This document shows positions 9,609 through 20,240 of a DNA stretch of 64,000 nucleotides, piece after piece; position 1 is the stretch's first letter, and each line of letters begins with the position of its first letter. The notes beneath the pieces are model-generated. The model saw nothing but the letters and a program-made list of their open reading frames with translations. It did not search any database and was not told where the DNA came from. Both the position numbers and the translations under genes were made by a program. Source of the stretch: Candidatus Latescibacterota bacterium (lineage in GTDB: Bacteria > Latescibacterota > UBA2968 > UBA8231). The stretch covers positions 1,152,001 through 1,216,000 of the forward strand of contig CBDCSU010000006.1 in NCBI GenBank assembly GCA_965221775.1. Reading direction: 5' to 3'.

Positions 9609-11242
9609 CAGCAGCCGAGGGCGTAGCCGTCCCGGCGCGGGTCGGCGCCCCCCATGAAGGCGCCGGAGTCGGGATCGACGTGGATGCCCTGGCCGCCGCC
9701 GACGCCGGGGGACCAGTCCCCGAGGTGGTGGATCTCGTGGCCGCGGCGCTCCAGCTCGGCGAGCACCTCCGCGGGCACCCGCGACTCGGCTTCGACCCGG
9801 TGCGTCCGTGTCGCCTTGAGGCGCGGCGCCTCGATGGCGGCCTGCACGTTCATGCCGTGGTCGAGGACGTTCATGATCATCTGCGGCGTCGTCTGCAGGA
9901 TGCCGTACGACCCCGGCGTGCCGATGAGCAGGCGCAGGCCGTCGGCGTCCCACACCTGCGCCGGCGAGACGCACATCTCGTTCTTCTTCGACGGCCCGAT
10001 GGCGTTGGGGCTGCCTTCGACGGCATCGAACCAGTTCATGAAGTTGTTCAGCGCCACCCCCGTGCCCGGCACGACCATGGCCGACCCGAAGCCGGAGCCC
10101 AGGCTCTGGGTGCAGGCCACGGCGTTGCCGTCGGCGTCGATCGTGTCGAAGTGGGTGGTGCACTCGGTCTTGGTCCAGGCTCTCGGATCTCCGGCGCCGA
10201 CCTCGCCTTCCTGGGGATCGGGCCGGAAGGTGTCGCCCATGTGGACGGCGGCCTGCGGCCCGATCCGGCGCCGGCGCTCGGCGGCGTAGCCCTCGGACAG
10301 CAGGCCGGCGGTGGGCGGATCGTCGATGGCGGTGTAGTGGATGCGGTCGGTGCAGGCCAGCTTCACCGCCTCGATGAAGGTGTGCAGCGTCTCCGCCGTG
10401 TTGTGGCCCATGGCGCCGATGTCGAAGCCCTCGAGGATCTTGAGGGTCTCCAGGTACTGCACGGCCTGGCAGGGCGGCGGCGGCGCGTAGATCGTCCAGT
10501 CGCGGTAGCCGACGCCCACGGGGTCGAGCCAGGCGGGCTCGTTGGCGGCCAGGTCCTCCTTGGTGAGCAGGCCTCCGCTCTCGGCCATGTGGGCGGCGAT
10601 GGCGTCGCCGATGGCGCCGCCGTAGAAGACGTCGGGACCCTCTGCCGCGACGGTGCGGAAGGTCTGCGCCAGGTCCTGCTGCACGAGGACGCCCCCCGGA
10701 CCGGGGCTGTGTCCGTCCACGAGGTAGGTCCTCGCCGACTCCGGGAACCGCCGCAGCCCCGAGGCGCACGACTCGAAGAACCAGTCGTTCTTGACGGTGA
10801 GGGGGAAGCCGCCCTCGGCCAGCTCGATGGCGGGAGCGAAGACCGCGGAAGCGTCCATGGAGCCGTAACGCCGCAGGGCCTCCATCCAGCCGGCGCAGGC
10901 GCCGGGGACGAGAGGGGACATGGGCCCGAGGGACTGCTGCTCGCGCTCGGTGTAGAGGGAGAGGTCGGCGGCGGCCGGCGTCAGGCCCACGTAGTCGCAG
11001 ACCTTGTGCTCGCCGTCGCGGGCCGAGTAGATGTGCATGTAGCCGACGCCGCCGATGCCGGACATGTACGGCTCGGCCACGTTGAGGGCGGCGGCGGTGG
11101 CCACGGCGGCGTCGATGGCGTTGCCCCCCTCCAGCAGGACGCGGACGCCCGCCAGGGAGGCCAGTGGATGGGCGGCGGCCACGAGACCGCGGCGTCCGGT
11201 TACAGTGGAGCGGTGGGAGAGTCCATGGGAGGGGAAAGCCAT
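9608..11242 (-). CDS. ggt: Gamma-glutamyltransferase family protein
   Basis: GGNAIDAAVA, EPYMSGIGG, catalytic TTHF, GSGFGS, GTPGS, GADPRRDG. Confidence 0.93.
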   Translation of the reverse strand: MAFPSHGLSHRSTVTGRRGLVAAAHPLASLAGVRVLLEGGNAIDAAVATAAALNVAEPYMSGIGGVGYMHIYSARDGEHKVCDYVGLTPAAADLSLYTEREQQSLGPMSPLVPGACAGWMEALRRYGSMDASAVFAPAIELAEGGFPLTVKNDWFFESCASGLRRFPESARTYLVDGHSPGPGGVLVQQDLAQTFRTVAAEGPDVFYGGAIGDAIAAHMAESGGLLTKEDLAANEPAWLDPVGVGYRDWTIYAPPPPCQAVQYLETLKILEGFDIGAMGHNTAETLHTFIEAVKLACTDRIHYTAIDDPPTAGLLSEGYAAERRRRIGPQAAVHMGDTFRPDPQEGEVGAGDPRAWTKTECTTHFDTIDADGNAVACTQSLGSGFGSAMVVPGTGVALNNFMNWFDAVEGSPNAIGPSKKNEMCVSPAQVWDADGLRLLIGTPGSYGILQTTPQMIMNVLDHGMNVQAAIEAPRLKATRTHRVEAESRVPAEVLAELERRGHEIHHLGDWSPGVGGGQGIHVDPDSGAFMGGADPRRDGYALGC

Positions 11243-11340
11243 TCGACAGTTTTCTCCGGCTCGGTTAGGTTTCCCGGGCCGTCGGGGCCCGGCGGCGTGA
11301 GAGGATAAGCAAGGACCACCCGAGGGAGCCAACACCGGAC

Positions 11341-12396
11341 ATGGACCGCACCGTCGACCTGCGCAGCGACACGATCACCCGTCCCACGGACGAGATGTGG
11401 GAAGCGATGCACCACGCCGACGTCGGCGACGACGTGTACGGCGAGGACCCCACCGTGCAGCGCCTCCAGGAGCTGGGGGCCGAGCTCATGGGGAAGGAGG
11501 CGGGGCTGTTCCTGCCCTCCGGCACCATGGCCAACACCGCCGCCCTGCTGGCCCACACCCGCTACGGCGACGAGATGGTCGTCGAGGAGCTGGCCCACCT
11601 CTACTGCTGGGAGGCGGGGGCCTACTCCAGCATCGCGGGGCTGGCGACGCGCCCGGTGCGCGGCGACCAGGGGATCTTCACGGCGGAGCAGTTCGAGGCC
11701 GTCCTGCGGCCGCCGAACCCCCACTTTCCCAAGACCAGCCTCCTGTGCCTGGAGAACACCCACAACAACGCCGCCGGCGCCGTGTGGAACCCCGAGGAGA
11801 CGGCCGAGGTGGCCCTCGCCGCCCGCGACCACGGCCTGCGCATCCACCTCGACGGGGCGCGCCTGTTCAACGCCGCCGTCGCCCTCGGCGTCGACGCCAA
11901 GGAGCTGACCGCCCACGTCGACTCGGTGACGTTCTGCGTCTCCAAGGGCCTGAGCGCGCCCGTGGGCTCGGTCCTGTGCGGATCCCGCGCCTTCATCGAA
12001 GAGGCCTACCGCGCCCGCAAGCGCCTCGGGGGCGCCATGCGCCAGGCCGGCATCATGGCCGCCGCCGGCATCGTCGCCCTCGAGACGATGGTCGACCGCC
12101 TCGCCGAGGACCACGAGACGGCGCGCGGCCTGGCCGAGGGCCTCAACGCCATCGAAGGCGTCACCGCGGTGCGGGCCCCGCGGCCGACGAACATCCTCAT
12201 GGTCGACGTGGGCGGCCTCGGCTGGTCGACGGCCGACCTCATCGACCGCTGGAAGGCGCTCGGCATCAAGTGCAATCCGCGCCCCCCCACCCGGGTGCGG
12301 CTGGTGACCAACCGCCACGTCACCCTCGACGACGTGGACTACGTCCTCGACACCACCCGCCAGATGCTGCGCAGCGAGGCCGTCGCCGTCCGGTGA
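11341..12396 (+). CDS. ltaE: Low-specificity L-threonine aldolase
   Basis: [53 protein letters not shown]. Confidence 0.95.
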   Translation: MDRTVDLRSDTITRPTDEMWEAMHHADVGDDVYGEDPTVQRLQELGAELMGKEAGLFLPSGTMANTAALLAHTRYGDEMVVEELAHLYCWEAGAYSSIAGLATRPVRGDQGIFTAEQFEAVLRPPNPHFPKTSLLCLENTHNNAAGAVWNPEETAEVALAARDHGLRIHLDGARLFNAAVALGVDAKELTAHVDSVTFCVSKGLSAPVGSVLCGSRAFIEEAYRARKRLGGAMRQAGIMAAAGIVALETMVDRLAEDHETARGLAEGLNAIEGVTAVRAPRPTNILMVDVGGLGWSTADLIDRWKALGIKCNPRPPTRVRLVTNRHVTLDDVDYVLDTTRQMLRSEAVAVR

Positions 12397-14711
12397 CCGC
12401 CCGGGCGGCGCTTCTGGCGGCCGCTTTCGCCACCGCCTGCGACGGCTCTTCCGGGCCCTCCACCGGCGCCGCCAACCGGCTGGCCGGCGAGACCAGCCCC
12501 TACCTCCTGCTCCACGCCGGCAACCCCGTCGACTGGTACCCCTGGGGACCGGAGGCGCTGGCCCTCGCCCGGCGCGAGGACCGGCCGATCTTCCTCTCCG
12601 TGGGCTACTCCACCTGCTACTGGTGCCACGTCATGGAGCGCGAGGTGTTCTCCGACCCGGAGATCGCCGCCGTGATGAACGCGGGGTTCGTCAACATCAA
12701 GGTCGACCGCGAGGAGCGCCCCGACCTGGACGCGGTCTACATGACGGCGACGCAGATCCTGGCCCGGCACGGAGGCTGGCCCAACTCGGTCTTCCTCACC
12801 CCCGCGCTGGAGCCGTTCTTCGCCGGCACCTACTTCCCGCCGCGCGACCTCCCGGGGCGGCCCGGCTTCCCGCGGGTCCTGGAGGAGCTGCGCACCGCCT
12901 GGGACGAACGCCGGCCGGAGGTGGAGCAGGTGGCCTCGGAAGTGGCCGAGCGCATCCGCCGGGCCCAGGCGATGGCGGGGGAGCCGCGCGAGCCCGGGGC
13001 CGGCGTGGCGGCGGTGGCGGTGGAGCGGCTCAAGGCCCTCTACGACAGCGACAACGGCGGCTTCGGCGGAGCCCCCAAGTTCCCGCCCACCATGCGCCTG
13101 GAGCTGCTGCGGCAAGTCGACGCCGAGGAAGGGGACGCCGAGGCGGGGCGCATCCTCCGCCACTCCCTGGAGGCGATGGCCAGGGGCGGGATCCACGACC
13201 ACGTGGGCGGCGGCTTCCACCGCTACGCCACCGACGCCCGCTGGCGCGTGCCCCACTTCGAGAAGATGCTCTACAACCAGGCACAGATGCTGCGCCTCTA
13301 CGCCCGCGCCTACCGGTCCACCGGGGACGAGCGCTGGCGGCGGGTGGCCGAGGGGATCCTGCGCTACGTCCGCCGCGAGATGACCTCGGAGGACGGGGCC
13401 TACCTCTCGGCCCTGGACGCCGAGTCCGAGCACGTGGAGGGCAAGTACTACACGTGGACGGAGGAGGAGGTCCGCGAGGCCCTGGGGTCCGCGGCGGCCG
13501 ACACCCTGCTCGCCGTGTACGGCCTGGCCCCGGTGCCGGAGGGTGAAGGCGGCGCCCTCTACCAGCGCACCGACATCGATTCGGCGGCGGCAGCCCTCGG
13601 CGTCGGGGAGGCGGCGTTGCGCGCCTCCCTGGAGGCCTCGCTCCGGCGCCTGCACCAGGCCCGCCGGTCGCGCACCTATCCGCTGCTCGACGACAAGGTG
13701 ATCACCGCCTGGAACGGCATGATGATCGCCGCCGCCGCCGAGGCGGGAGCCGTCCTCGGCGACGAGGCCGCCATCGCCGAGGCCGAAGCGGCGGCCCGGT
13801 TCGTGCTGGAGCACCTGCGCGAGGGTGATGACCTGTACCGCGTCCATCGCGCCGGCTCCTCCCGCTACGAGGGATACCTGGAGGACCATGCCCACCTCGC
13901 CGACGGCCTGCTGGCCCTGCACCGGGCCGGCGGCCAGCCGCGGTGGCTGGCCGAGGCGCGGTCGGTGGCCGACGCCATGATCGAGCGCTTCCGCGACGCC
14001 GACGGCGGCGGCGGGTTCTTCTTCACCACCGGGGGGCGGGACCTGATCGCCCGCAGCAAGATCGCCTACGACGGCGCCCTGCCGTCGGCCAACGCCGTGG
14101 CCGCGCGGGTGCTTCTGGAGCTGGGGGAGGCGACCCGGCAGGAGCGTTACACGGAGGCGGCGGTGGAGTGCATGCGGGCCTTCGGCGGCAGCGTCGCCTC
14201 GGCGCCGGCGGGCCATGCGCACATGGTCACGGCCATGCGGGCCTGGCTGCGCTCCGGGGCCGCGGAACCCTCCCTCGCGGAGGTATCCGCCGCGCCGGCG
14301 GATTCCGTCGTCAAGGTGGCTTTCGCCCTCGACCGGGCACGGCTGGCCCCGGGGGAACCGGCCCTTCTCACGGTGAGTCTGGAAATCGCCGAGGGCTGGC
14401 ACGTCAACGCCAACCCGGCCGCGGCCGGTCTCGTGCCGACCACGGTGACGGTGAACCCCGGCAGCCTGGCCCTGCGCCAGGTCGACGTCGAGTACCCGCC
14501 CTCCCGGGCGCTGCCCTTCCCCTCCCTGGCCGAGACCCTGGAGGTCTGGGAAGGCCGGGTGGAGGTGGTGTCGCGGCTGGCGGCCGAGGAGGACGCACCG
14601 GCGGCCAACGGCGCCCTCCGCGCCGCCGTCCGCTACCAGGCCTGCGACGACGAGGTCTGCCTGCTTCCGGTGGAAGTGGTGGGCCGGGTCGCGGTGGCCA
14701 TAGGGGACTAG
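12393..14711 (+). CDS. Thioredoxin-domain protein (YyaL/DUF255, SPATA20-like) with C-terminal DsbD-N-like domain; possible lipoprotein
   Basis: [54 protein letters not shown]; C-terminal GWHVNANP...[10 protein letters not shown]; GTG overlaps the ltaE stop. Confidence 0.88.
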   Translation: MTARAALLAAAFATACDGSSGPSTGAANRLAGETSPYLLLHAGNPVDWYPWGPEALALARREDRPIFLSVGYSTCYWCHVMEREVFSDPEIAAVMNAGFVNIKVDREERPDLDAVYMTATQILARHGGWPNSVFLTPALEPFFAGTYFPPRDLPGRPGFPRVLEELRTAWDERRPEVEQVASEVAERIRRAQAMAGEPREPGAGVAAVAVERLKALYDSDNGGFGGAPKFPPTMRLELLRQVDAEEGDAEAGRILRHSLEAMARGGIHDHVGGGFHRYATDARWRVPHFEKMLYNQAQMLRLYARAYRSTGDERWRRVAEGILRYVRREMTSEDGAYLSALDAESEHVEGKYYTWTEEEVREALGSAAADTLLAVYGLAPVPEGEGGALYQRTDIDSAAAALGVGEAALRASLEASLRRLHQARRSRTYPLLDDKVITAWNGMMIAAAAEAGAVLGDEAAIAEAEAAARFVLEHLREGDDLYRVHRAGSSRYEGYLEDHAHLADGLLALHRAGGQPRWLAEARSVADAMIERFRDADGGGGFFFTTGGRDLIARSKIAYDGALPSANAVAARVLLELGEATRQERYTEAAVECMRAFGGSVASAPAGHAHMVTAMRAWLRSGAAEPSLAEVSAAPADSVVKVAFALDRARLAPGEPALLTVSLEIAEGWHVNANPAAAGLVPTTVTVNPGSLALRQVDVEYPPSRALPFPSLAETLEVWEGRVEVVSRLAAEEDAPAANGALRAAVRYQACDDEVCLLPVEVVGRVAVAIGD

Positions 14712-14774
14712 GCCCGGGCTGCGGACCCCCCGGGTTCTCCCTACCTTACCGACCTTGAACGGAGCGGATACCCC

Positions 14775-16226
14775 ATGAAAACCCTGACCCGCTGTGCCAC
14801 CCTCTGCTGGCTCGCCGCCGCGCCCGCGTGGTCCGGCTCTCCCTTCCCCTTCGAGCACCTGGACCAGCTGACCGGGCACCTGCGCTCCGGCGGCCCTCCC
14901 ATCGACGGCATCCCGGCGGTGACCAACCCGGACTTCGCGCCGGCGTCCCGGATCGAGTACGTCCGCGACACGGACCTGGTCATCGGCGTCGTCCGCGGCG
15001 GCGAGGTGAAAGCCTATCCCGAGAACCTGGGCTGGTGGCACGAGATCATCAACGACCGGATCGGCGACGGATACATCTCCGTGACCTTGTGCCCGCTCAC
15101 CGGGACGCCCCAGGTCTTCGACGCCACCGCCGGGGACGGCAGCCAGATCGAGTTCGGCGTCTCGGGGCTGCTGATCAACTCCAACCTGGTGATGTACGAC
15201 CGCCGGGACGACACCACCCTCTACCCGCAGATGATCTACACCGGCATCAACGGCGACTACAAGGGCGAGCAGCTGGAGCTGCTGCCCGCCATCGAGACGA
15301 CCTTCGAGATGTGGAAGCGCATGTACCCCGACAGCGACGTGGCCCTCTGGGGCACCGGCCTCGACCGCTATTCCGCGACCCAGCAGAGCCGCTACTCCAA
15401 GCCGGCCCTCTTCGGCGACTATCCGTACGGCGACTACCGCACCAATCACAACTTCATCATCTTCCCCCCGACCACCCACACCCCGGACCTCTCCGTCTAC
15501 CTGTCGAAGGAGATCGTCCTGGGCATCTGCCTCGGAGACGAGCTGCGGGCCTATGCCTTCCGCGACATGGGGCCCGAGGCGGTGATCAACGACGACCTCG
15601 GCGGAGAGCCTCTCCTGGTGGTCTTTCACGAAGACTCCCAGACGGCCCTGCCCTACAGCCGTGAGATCGACGGACGGACCCTCACCTTCTACCAGGTCGA
15701 CCCCTCCGGCCCGCTGCCGGAGTTCCGCGACGCGGAGACGGGCACGACCTGGGATCTCCTCGGGCGCGCCGTCGCGGGTCCCCACGAGGGCCAACAGCTC
15801 ACGCAACTGCCGGCCTACAACTCCATGTGGTTCGCCTGGAGCACCTACTGGCCGGAGAGCACGGTCTGGCAGACCGGGGACGGGATCATCGACGAGCCGG
15901 AGGACACGGCGGTCCTGGAGCCCGAGGGCGAGGCCGTCCCCCGGAGCTTCGACCTGGGCCAGAACTACCCCAACCCCTTCAACCCGGGGACGCGCATCCG
16001 CTTCGCCCTGCCGGCTGACGGCGACGCCTCCCTCACGGTCTACAACGCCTTCGGCCAGCGGGTGCGCTCCCTGGCCGACGGCCGCCACCGCGCCGGCCGC
16101 TACGTGGTCGACTGGGACGGCACCGACGAGTCCGGCCGCGCCGTGGCCAGCGGCGTCTACCACTACCGCCTGGAGATGCCCGACCGCGGCCTGTCCGAGC
16201 AGCGGACGATGACCCTCGCCCGCTGA
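14775..16226 (+). CDS. Secreted DUF3179-domain protein with C-terminal FlgD-Ig-like domain
   Basis: Signal peptide; SGGPPIDGIPA, WHEIIND, TLCPLTG, FGVSGLL...NLVMYDR, WFAW; C-terminal QNYPNPFNP...WDGTDESGRAVASGVY. Confidence 0.85.
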   Translation: MKTLTRCATLCWLAAAPAWSGSPFPFEHLDQLTGHLRSGGPPIDGIPAVTNPDFAPASRIEYVRDTDLVIGVVRGGEVKAYPENLGWWHEIINDRIGDGYISVTLCPLTGTPQVFDATAGDGSQIEFGVSGLLINSNLVMYDRRDDTTLYPQMIYTGINGDYKGEQLELLPAIETTFEMWKRMYPDSDVALWGTGLDRYSATQQSRYSKPALFGDYPYGDYRTNHNFIIFPPTTHTPDLSVYLSKEIVLGICLGDELRAYAFRDMGPEAVINDDLGGEPLLVVFHEDSQTALPYSREIDGRTLTFYQVDPSGPLPEFRDAETGTTWDLLGRAVAGPHEGQQLTQLPAYNSMWFAWSTYWPESTVWQTGDGIIDEPEDTAVLEPEGEAVPRSFDLGQNYPNPFNPGTRIRFALPADGDASLTVYNAFGQRVRSLADGRHRAGRYVVDWDGTDESGRAVASGVYHYRLEMPDRGLSEQRTMTLAR

Positions 16227-16239
16227 GGATGCGCCCGCC

Positions 16240-18597
16240 ATGGTCTCCCTGATCCACCGGTACACCCGCTGGCTGCACGGCCGCTGGCCCGCCGGCACGG
16301 TGGAGAAGCTGCCGGAGGTCGACGCCCGCTACCGCAGCAACGTCCCCGGCCTCTACATCGTCGGGGACCTGACCGGCATCCCGCTGCTGAAGTTCTCTTC
16401 CAACAGCGGCGCCCTGGCCGTCGCCGACATCGTCGACGACGAGGACTTCCAGCGGCAGCGCCAGGCCGCCGGCGGCGAAGGGGTGCTCGACGTGGTCATC
16501 GTCGGCGCCGGCGTCTCCGGGATGGCCGCGGCCCTGGCCGCGCGCGAGGCCGGACTCGATTACGAGATCCTCGAGGCCACGGAGCCCTTCTCCACCGTGG
16601 TCAACTTCCCCAAGGGCAAGCCGATCTACACCTATCCGCGGGAGATGACGCCGGCGGGGGACCTGCAGTTCGCCGCCGAGGTCAAGGAGCCGCTGGTGGC
16701 CGAGCTGCGGGAGCAGACCCTCGAGCGCGGGATCGAGCCCCGCATCGCCCGCGTGGAGCGGGTCGAGCGGGCGGGCGGCCACTTCACGGTGGTCATCCCC
16801 GACGGCGAGGACCTGCAAGCCCTCCGGGTGGTCGTCGCCATCGGCCGCTCCGGGAACTTCCGCCAGCTCGGCGTGCCCGGCGAGGACCTCGACAAGGTCT
16901 CCAACCGGCTGCACGATCCCAAGGACTACGCCGGCCAGGACGTGCTCGTCGTCGGCGGCGGCGACAGCGCCATGGAGACGGCCATCGCCGTGGCCACCGC
17001 CGGCGGACGCGTGACCCTCTCCTACCGCCGGCCCGAGTTCTCGCGGCCCAAGCCGGAGAACCTGGAACGACTGGAGGCGCTCGCCGCCGACCCGATGGCG
17101 GACGTCTCGGTGGACACGCCCACCTCCGAACGCGTGACCACCTCGAGCGGCCCCTTCCTAGAGGAGGAGCGCCGTCCCGGATCGATCGACGTCAGGATGT
17201 CGTCCAAGGTCCTCGCCATCGAGGCGGGCGAGGTGGCGCTCGCCGACGCTGGCGGCGAAGAGGTGAAGCTGCCCAACGACGCGGTCTTCACCATGATCGG
17301 CCGCGAGGCGCCGCTGGAGTTCTTCCGGCGCTCGGGGGTGCGCATCCGCGGCGAGATGGGGCCCCGCGAGTGGACCGGCTTCGGCCTGTTCATGGCCTTC
17401 TGCATGTTCCTCTACAACTGGAAGGCCGGCGGCCCTCTGACCCGCTGGTTCCAGGAGTCCGGCTGGTTCCCCTTCAACGTGCCGTCCCTGCTGGCCGCCG
17501 CCGACGCCCACGCCGCCAGCCTCTGGGGGCTGATGGCCTTCAACCTGGGCAAGCCCGGCTTCTACTACAGTCTCGCCTACTGCGCCCTCGTGGTGATCTT
17601 CGGGTACCGTCGGGTGCGCCGGCGGCCGACCCCGTACGTCAAATGGCAGACCGGGAGCCTGGCCCTCTTCCAGGTGGTGCCCCTGTTCCTGCTGCCCTAC
17701 TTCGTCCTGCCCTGGATGGGCAACGCCGGCTGGTTCGACGCCGGCTTCGGGAAGAGCTTCGCCGACGCCTTCTTCCCGGAGGTCTCCTACGACCACGGCC
17801 GGGAGTACTGGCGCGCCTTCGGCTTCGTCCTCGCCTGGCCCCTCTTCGTGTGGAACGTCTTCACCCACCAGCCGCTGACCGCGTGGCTGGTGGTCAGCCT
17901 CGTGCAGACCTTCGTCATCATCCCGGCGATCATCTACTTCTGGGGCAAGGGCGCCTACTGCGGCTGGATCTGCTCCTGCGGGGCCTTGGCCGAAACCCTC
18001 GGTGACGCCCACCGGCAAAAGATGATGCACGGGGCCCGCTGGAACCGCTGGAACCTGCTCGGCCAGGCGATCCTGCTGATCTGCCTGCTGCTGCTGGCGA
18101 CCCGCGTCGTCGGCTGGGTCTGGCCCGAGAGTGGGATCGGCGTGCAGCTGCGGCAGGTCCACGAGGGCCTGCTCTACGGCTGGAGCTTCGGCGGCGTCCC
18201 CCTCAACTACAGCTACCTCGTCGACCTGATGCTGGCCGGCGTCGTCGGCTACGGCGCCTACTTCTGGTACAGCGGCCGCGTCTGGTGCCGCTTCGCCTGC
18301 CCCCTGGCGGCGCTGATGCACGTGTACGCGCGCTTCAGCCGTTTCCGCATCCTGGCGGACAAGAAGAAGTGCATCTCCTGCAACGTCTGCACCTCCGTCT
18401 GCCACCAGGGCATCGACATCATGAACTTCGCCAACAAGGGACTGCCCATGGCCGACCCCGAGTGCGTCCGCTGCTCGGCCTGCGTCGAGTCCTGCCCCAC
18501 CGGCGTGCTGGAGTTCGGCCAGGTCGACAAGAGCGGAGAGGTGATCAAGGTCGACAGGCTGGTCGCCTCGACGACCCGGCAGCGGGAGTCGAAGTGA
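16240..18597 (+). CDS. Thioredoxin-reductase-like flavoprotein fused to a NapH/MauN-like 4Fe-4S membrane domain
   Basis: GAGVSG and GGGDSA dinucleotide-binding motifs; TM region; YCGWICSCG, WCRFACP, CISCNVCTSVC, CVRCSACVESCP. Confidence 0.85.
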   Translation: MVSLIHRYTRWLHGRWPAGTVEKLPEVDARYRSNVPGLYIVGDLTGIPLLKFSSNSGALAVADIVDDEDFQRQRQAAGGEGVLDVVIVGAGVSGMAAALAAREAGLDYEILEATEPFSTVVNFPKGKPIYTYPREMTPAGDLQFAAEVKEPLVAELREQTLERGIEPRIARVERVERAGGHFTVVIPDGEDLQALRVVVAIGRSGNFRQLGVPGEDLDKVSNRLHDPKDYAGQDVLVVGGGDSAMETAIAVATAGGRVTLSYRRPEFSRPKPENLERLEALAADPMADVSVDTPTSERVTTSSGPFLEEERRPGSIDVRMSSKVLAIEAGEVALADAGGEEVKLPNDAVFTMIGREAPLEFFRRSGVRIRGEMGPREWTGFGLFMAFCMFLYNWKAGGPLTRWFQESGWFPFNVPSLLAAADAHAASLWGLMAFNLGKPGFYYSLAYCALVVIFGYRRVRRRPTPYVKWQTGSLALFQVVPLFLLPYFVLPWMGNAGWFDAGFGKSFADAFFPEVSYDHGREYWRAFGFVLAWPLFVWNVFTHQPLTAWLVVSLVQTFVIIPAIIYFWGKGAYCGWICSCGALAETLGDAHRQKMMHGARWNRWNLLGQAILLICLLLLATRVVGWVWPESGIGVQLRQVHEGLLYGWSFGGVPLNYSYLVDLMLAGVVGYGAYFWYSGRVWCRFACPLAALMHVYARFSRFRILADKKKCISCNVCTSVCHQGIDIMNFANKGLPMADPECVRCSACVESCPTGVLEFGQVDKSGEVIKVDRLVASTTRQRESK

Positions 18598-18689
18598 TTG
18601 CGTAGTCTTTCCGCCCGTTGGGCCGGCGAGCTGCCAGGCCGGTCCGGGCTGCTGACGAAACCACTTTTCAGAATCCCCGGAGGAACACC

Positions 18690-19460
18690 ATGTCATCCGC
18701 GAAGATCACCTTCCTCGGTCACGCCTCCTTCCGCTTCGAGTCGGGCGAGGGGACCGTGATCTACTTCGACGCCTGGCTCGACGACAACCCCACGGCCAAG
18801 CTGCGGCTCTCGCAGGTGCGCAAGGCGGACATCGTCATCGCCTCCCACGGACACAACGATCACGTGGGCGACTCCTTCGAGATCTGCAAGCGCACGCAGG
18901 CGAAGTTCGTCGGCTGCTACGAGATGTGCCTGGTGGCCGAGGCCCACGGCCTCGCGCTCGGCGACGCCGCCGTGCCCCTGAACCCGGGGGGCTCGACGAA
19001 GATCAAGGACGTGACCCTCACCATGACCCAGGCCCATCACTCGCTGTCCATGTCCCCCGAGCTGGCCAAGGGAGCCCCCTCCGGCGACGAGTACTTCCGC
19101 CCCGACGGGGCCGTGGCCGGCTTCGTCCTCTCCTTCGACGACGGGGTCACCATCTACGACTCGGCCGACACCTGCCTGTTCTCCGACATGCAACTCATCG
19201 GCCAGATGCACGGCCCCCAGGTGGCGATCCTGCCCGTGGGCGGCATGTTCACCATGGGCGTCCGCGAGGCCGCCCGCGCCGCCAGCCTGATCCGTCCCGA
19301 CGTGGTGATCCCCTGCCACTACGGCGAGACGATGGGGCAGCCCGCCGACATCGAGGAGCTTCGCCGGGGGGTCGAGTTCCTCTCCTCCGGCACCAAGGTC
19401 GCCGCCCTCGAGGTGGGACAGACCCTGAGCTACACGGCCTCCAGCTTCCGCGTCGCCTGA
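18690..19460 (+). CDS. Metallo-beta-lactamase-fold metal-dependent hydrolase (UPF0173)
   Basis: ITFLGHASF, SHGHNDH, LPVGGMFTMG, IPCHY; GGAGG RBS before ATG 18690. Confidence 0.88.
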   Translation: MSSAKITFLGHASFRFESGEGTVIYFDAWLDDNPTAKLRLSQVRKADIVIASHGHNDHVGDSFEICKRTQAKFVGCYEMCLVAEAHGLALGDAAVPLNPGGSTKIKDVTLTMTQAHHSLSMSPELAKGAPSGDEYFRPDGAVAGFVLSFDDGVTIYDSADTCLFSDMQLIGQMHGPQVAILPVGGMFTMGVREAARAASLIRPDVVIPCHYGETMGQPADIEELRRGVEFLSSGTKVAALEVGQTLSYTASSFRVA

Positions 19461-19485
19461 GAGCGGACCCCACCCGACGCCGCCG

Positions 19486-19542
19486 TTGACAGAACCGGAC
19501 ACCGGCCCGCACATTCTCCGGGAACTGAACTGACCGGTCAGT
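19486..19542 (+). promoter_or_regulatory. Putative sigma70 promoter with a TetR-type palindromic operator
   Basis: TTGACA at 19486-19491; weak -10 (CACATT at 19510); perfect 14-bp palindrome ACTGACCGGTCAGT at 19529-19542 upstream of tetR. Confidence 0.65.
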
Positions 19543-19598
19543 CATCCATTGCCCCCGGGCAGGAGGCCCTTGGTCAGCAGCCCCCAGGTAGCAGCCCT

Positions 19599-20240
19599 TT
19601 GCCAAGTTCAAGCCCCAACCCCACGGACCTGGCCCCGGCCCAGGAGGAACGGCGCCGGGCGATCATCGAGGCCGCCGAGCGGCTCTTCGCGGAGGGCCGG
19701 TTCGACGAGGTCCTGATGGAGGACGTGGCCGCCCGGGCGGGGGTCGCCAAGGGGACGGTCTACCGCTACTTCGCGGACAAGGAGTCCCTCTACCTCACCG
19801 TCCTCACCGAGGGCTTCGAGGACCTGCAGCGGCAGCTCCGCGAGGTCTCCAGCCCCGACCCGGTGGTCCGGCTGGAGCACGCGGTGGGCGCCGTGGTCGG
19901 CTACATGAGCCGCAACCGGTTCCTCTTCCGGCTCATGTGGCGCGACGAGAGCGAGGCCGCCCGCCGGCGCGGGCACCGGCAGCGCTGGAAGGTGCAGCGG
20001 GCGAAGCTGGTCGACGCCGTCGCCGAGGTGCTGCGCTACGGAGAGGAACGGGGCGCCTTCGCCGTGCCCCACCTGCAGACGGACGCCCAGATCCTGCTTG
20101 GAATGATCCGGTCGTGCATCCGGTCCAACGAGCAGGGCCTCAGGCCCGACGAGATCGTATCCGAGGTCGTGCGCGTGTTCCTCCACGGCGTGCGCCGGCC
20201 GGAGGCGCGCGGAAACCCAGCCACAGGAGAAGGCACGTGA
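19599..20240 (+). CDS. TetR/AcrR family transcriptional regulator
   Basis: IIEAAERLFAEGRF...MEDVAARAGVAKGTVYRYF.DKESL HTH; start uncertain. Confidence 0.92.
   Translation: MPSSSPNPTDLAPAQEERRRAIIEAAERLFAEGRFDEVLMEDVAARAGVAKGTVYRYFADKESLYLTVLTEGFEDLQRQLREVSSPDPVVRLEHAVGAVVGYMSRNRFLFRLMWRDESEAARRRGHRQRWKVQRAKLVDAVAEVLRYGEERGAFAVPHLQTDAQILLGMIRSCIRSNEQGLRPDEIVSEVVRVFLHGVRRPEARGNPATGEGT

Noticed and set aside
12339-16298. Very long antisense or alternate-frame ORFs (e.g. 12339-16298 -, 21457-24282 -, 24666-27992 -, 30037-33420 -, 36550-38763 -)
   Set aside because: Shadow ORFs of high-GC coding DNA: they overlap well-supported genes and lack family motifs.
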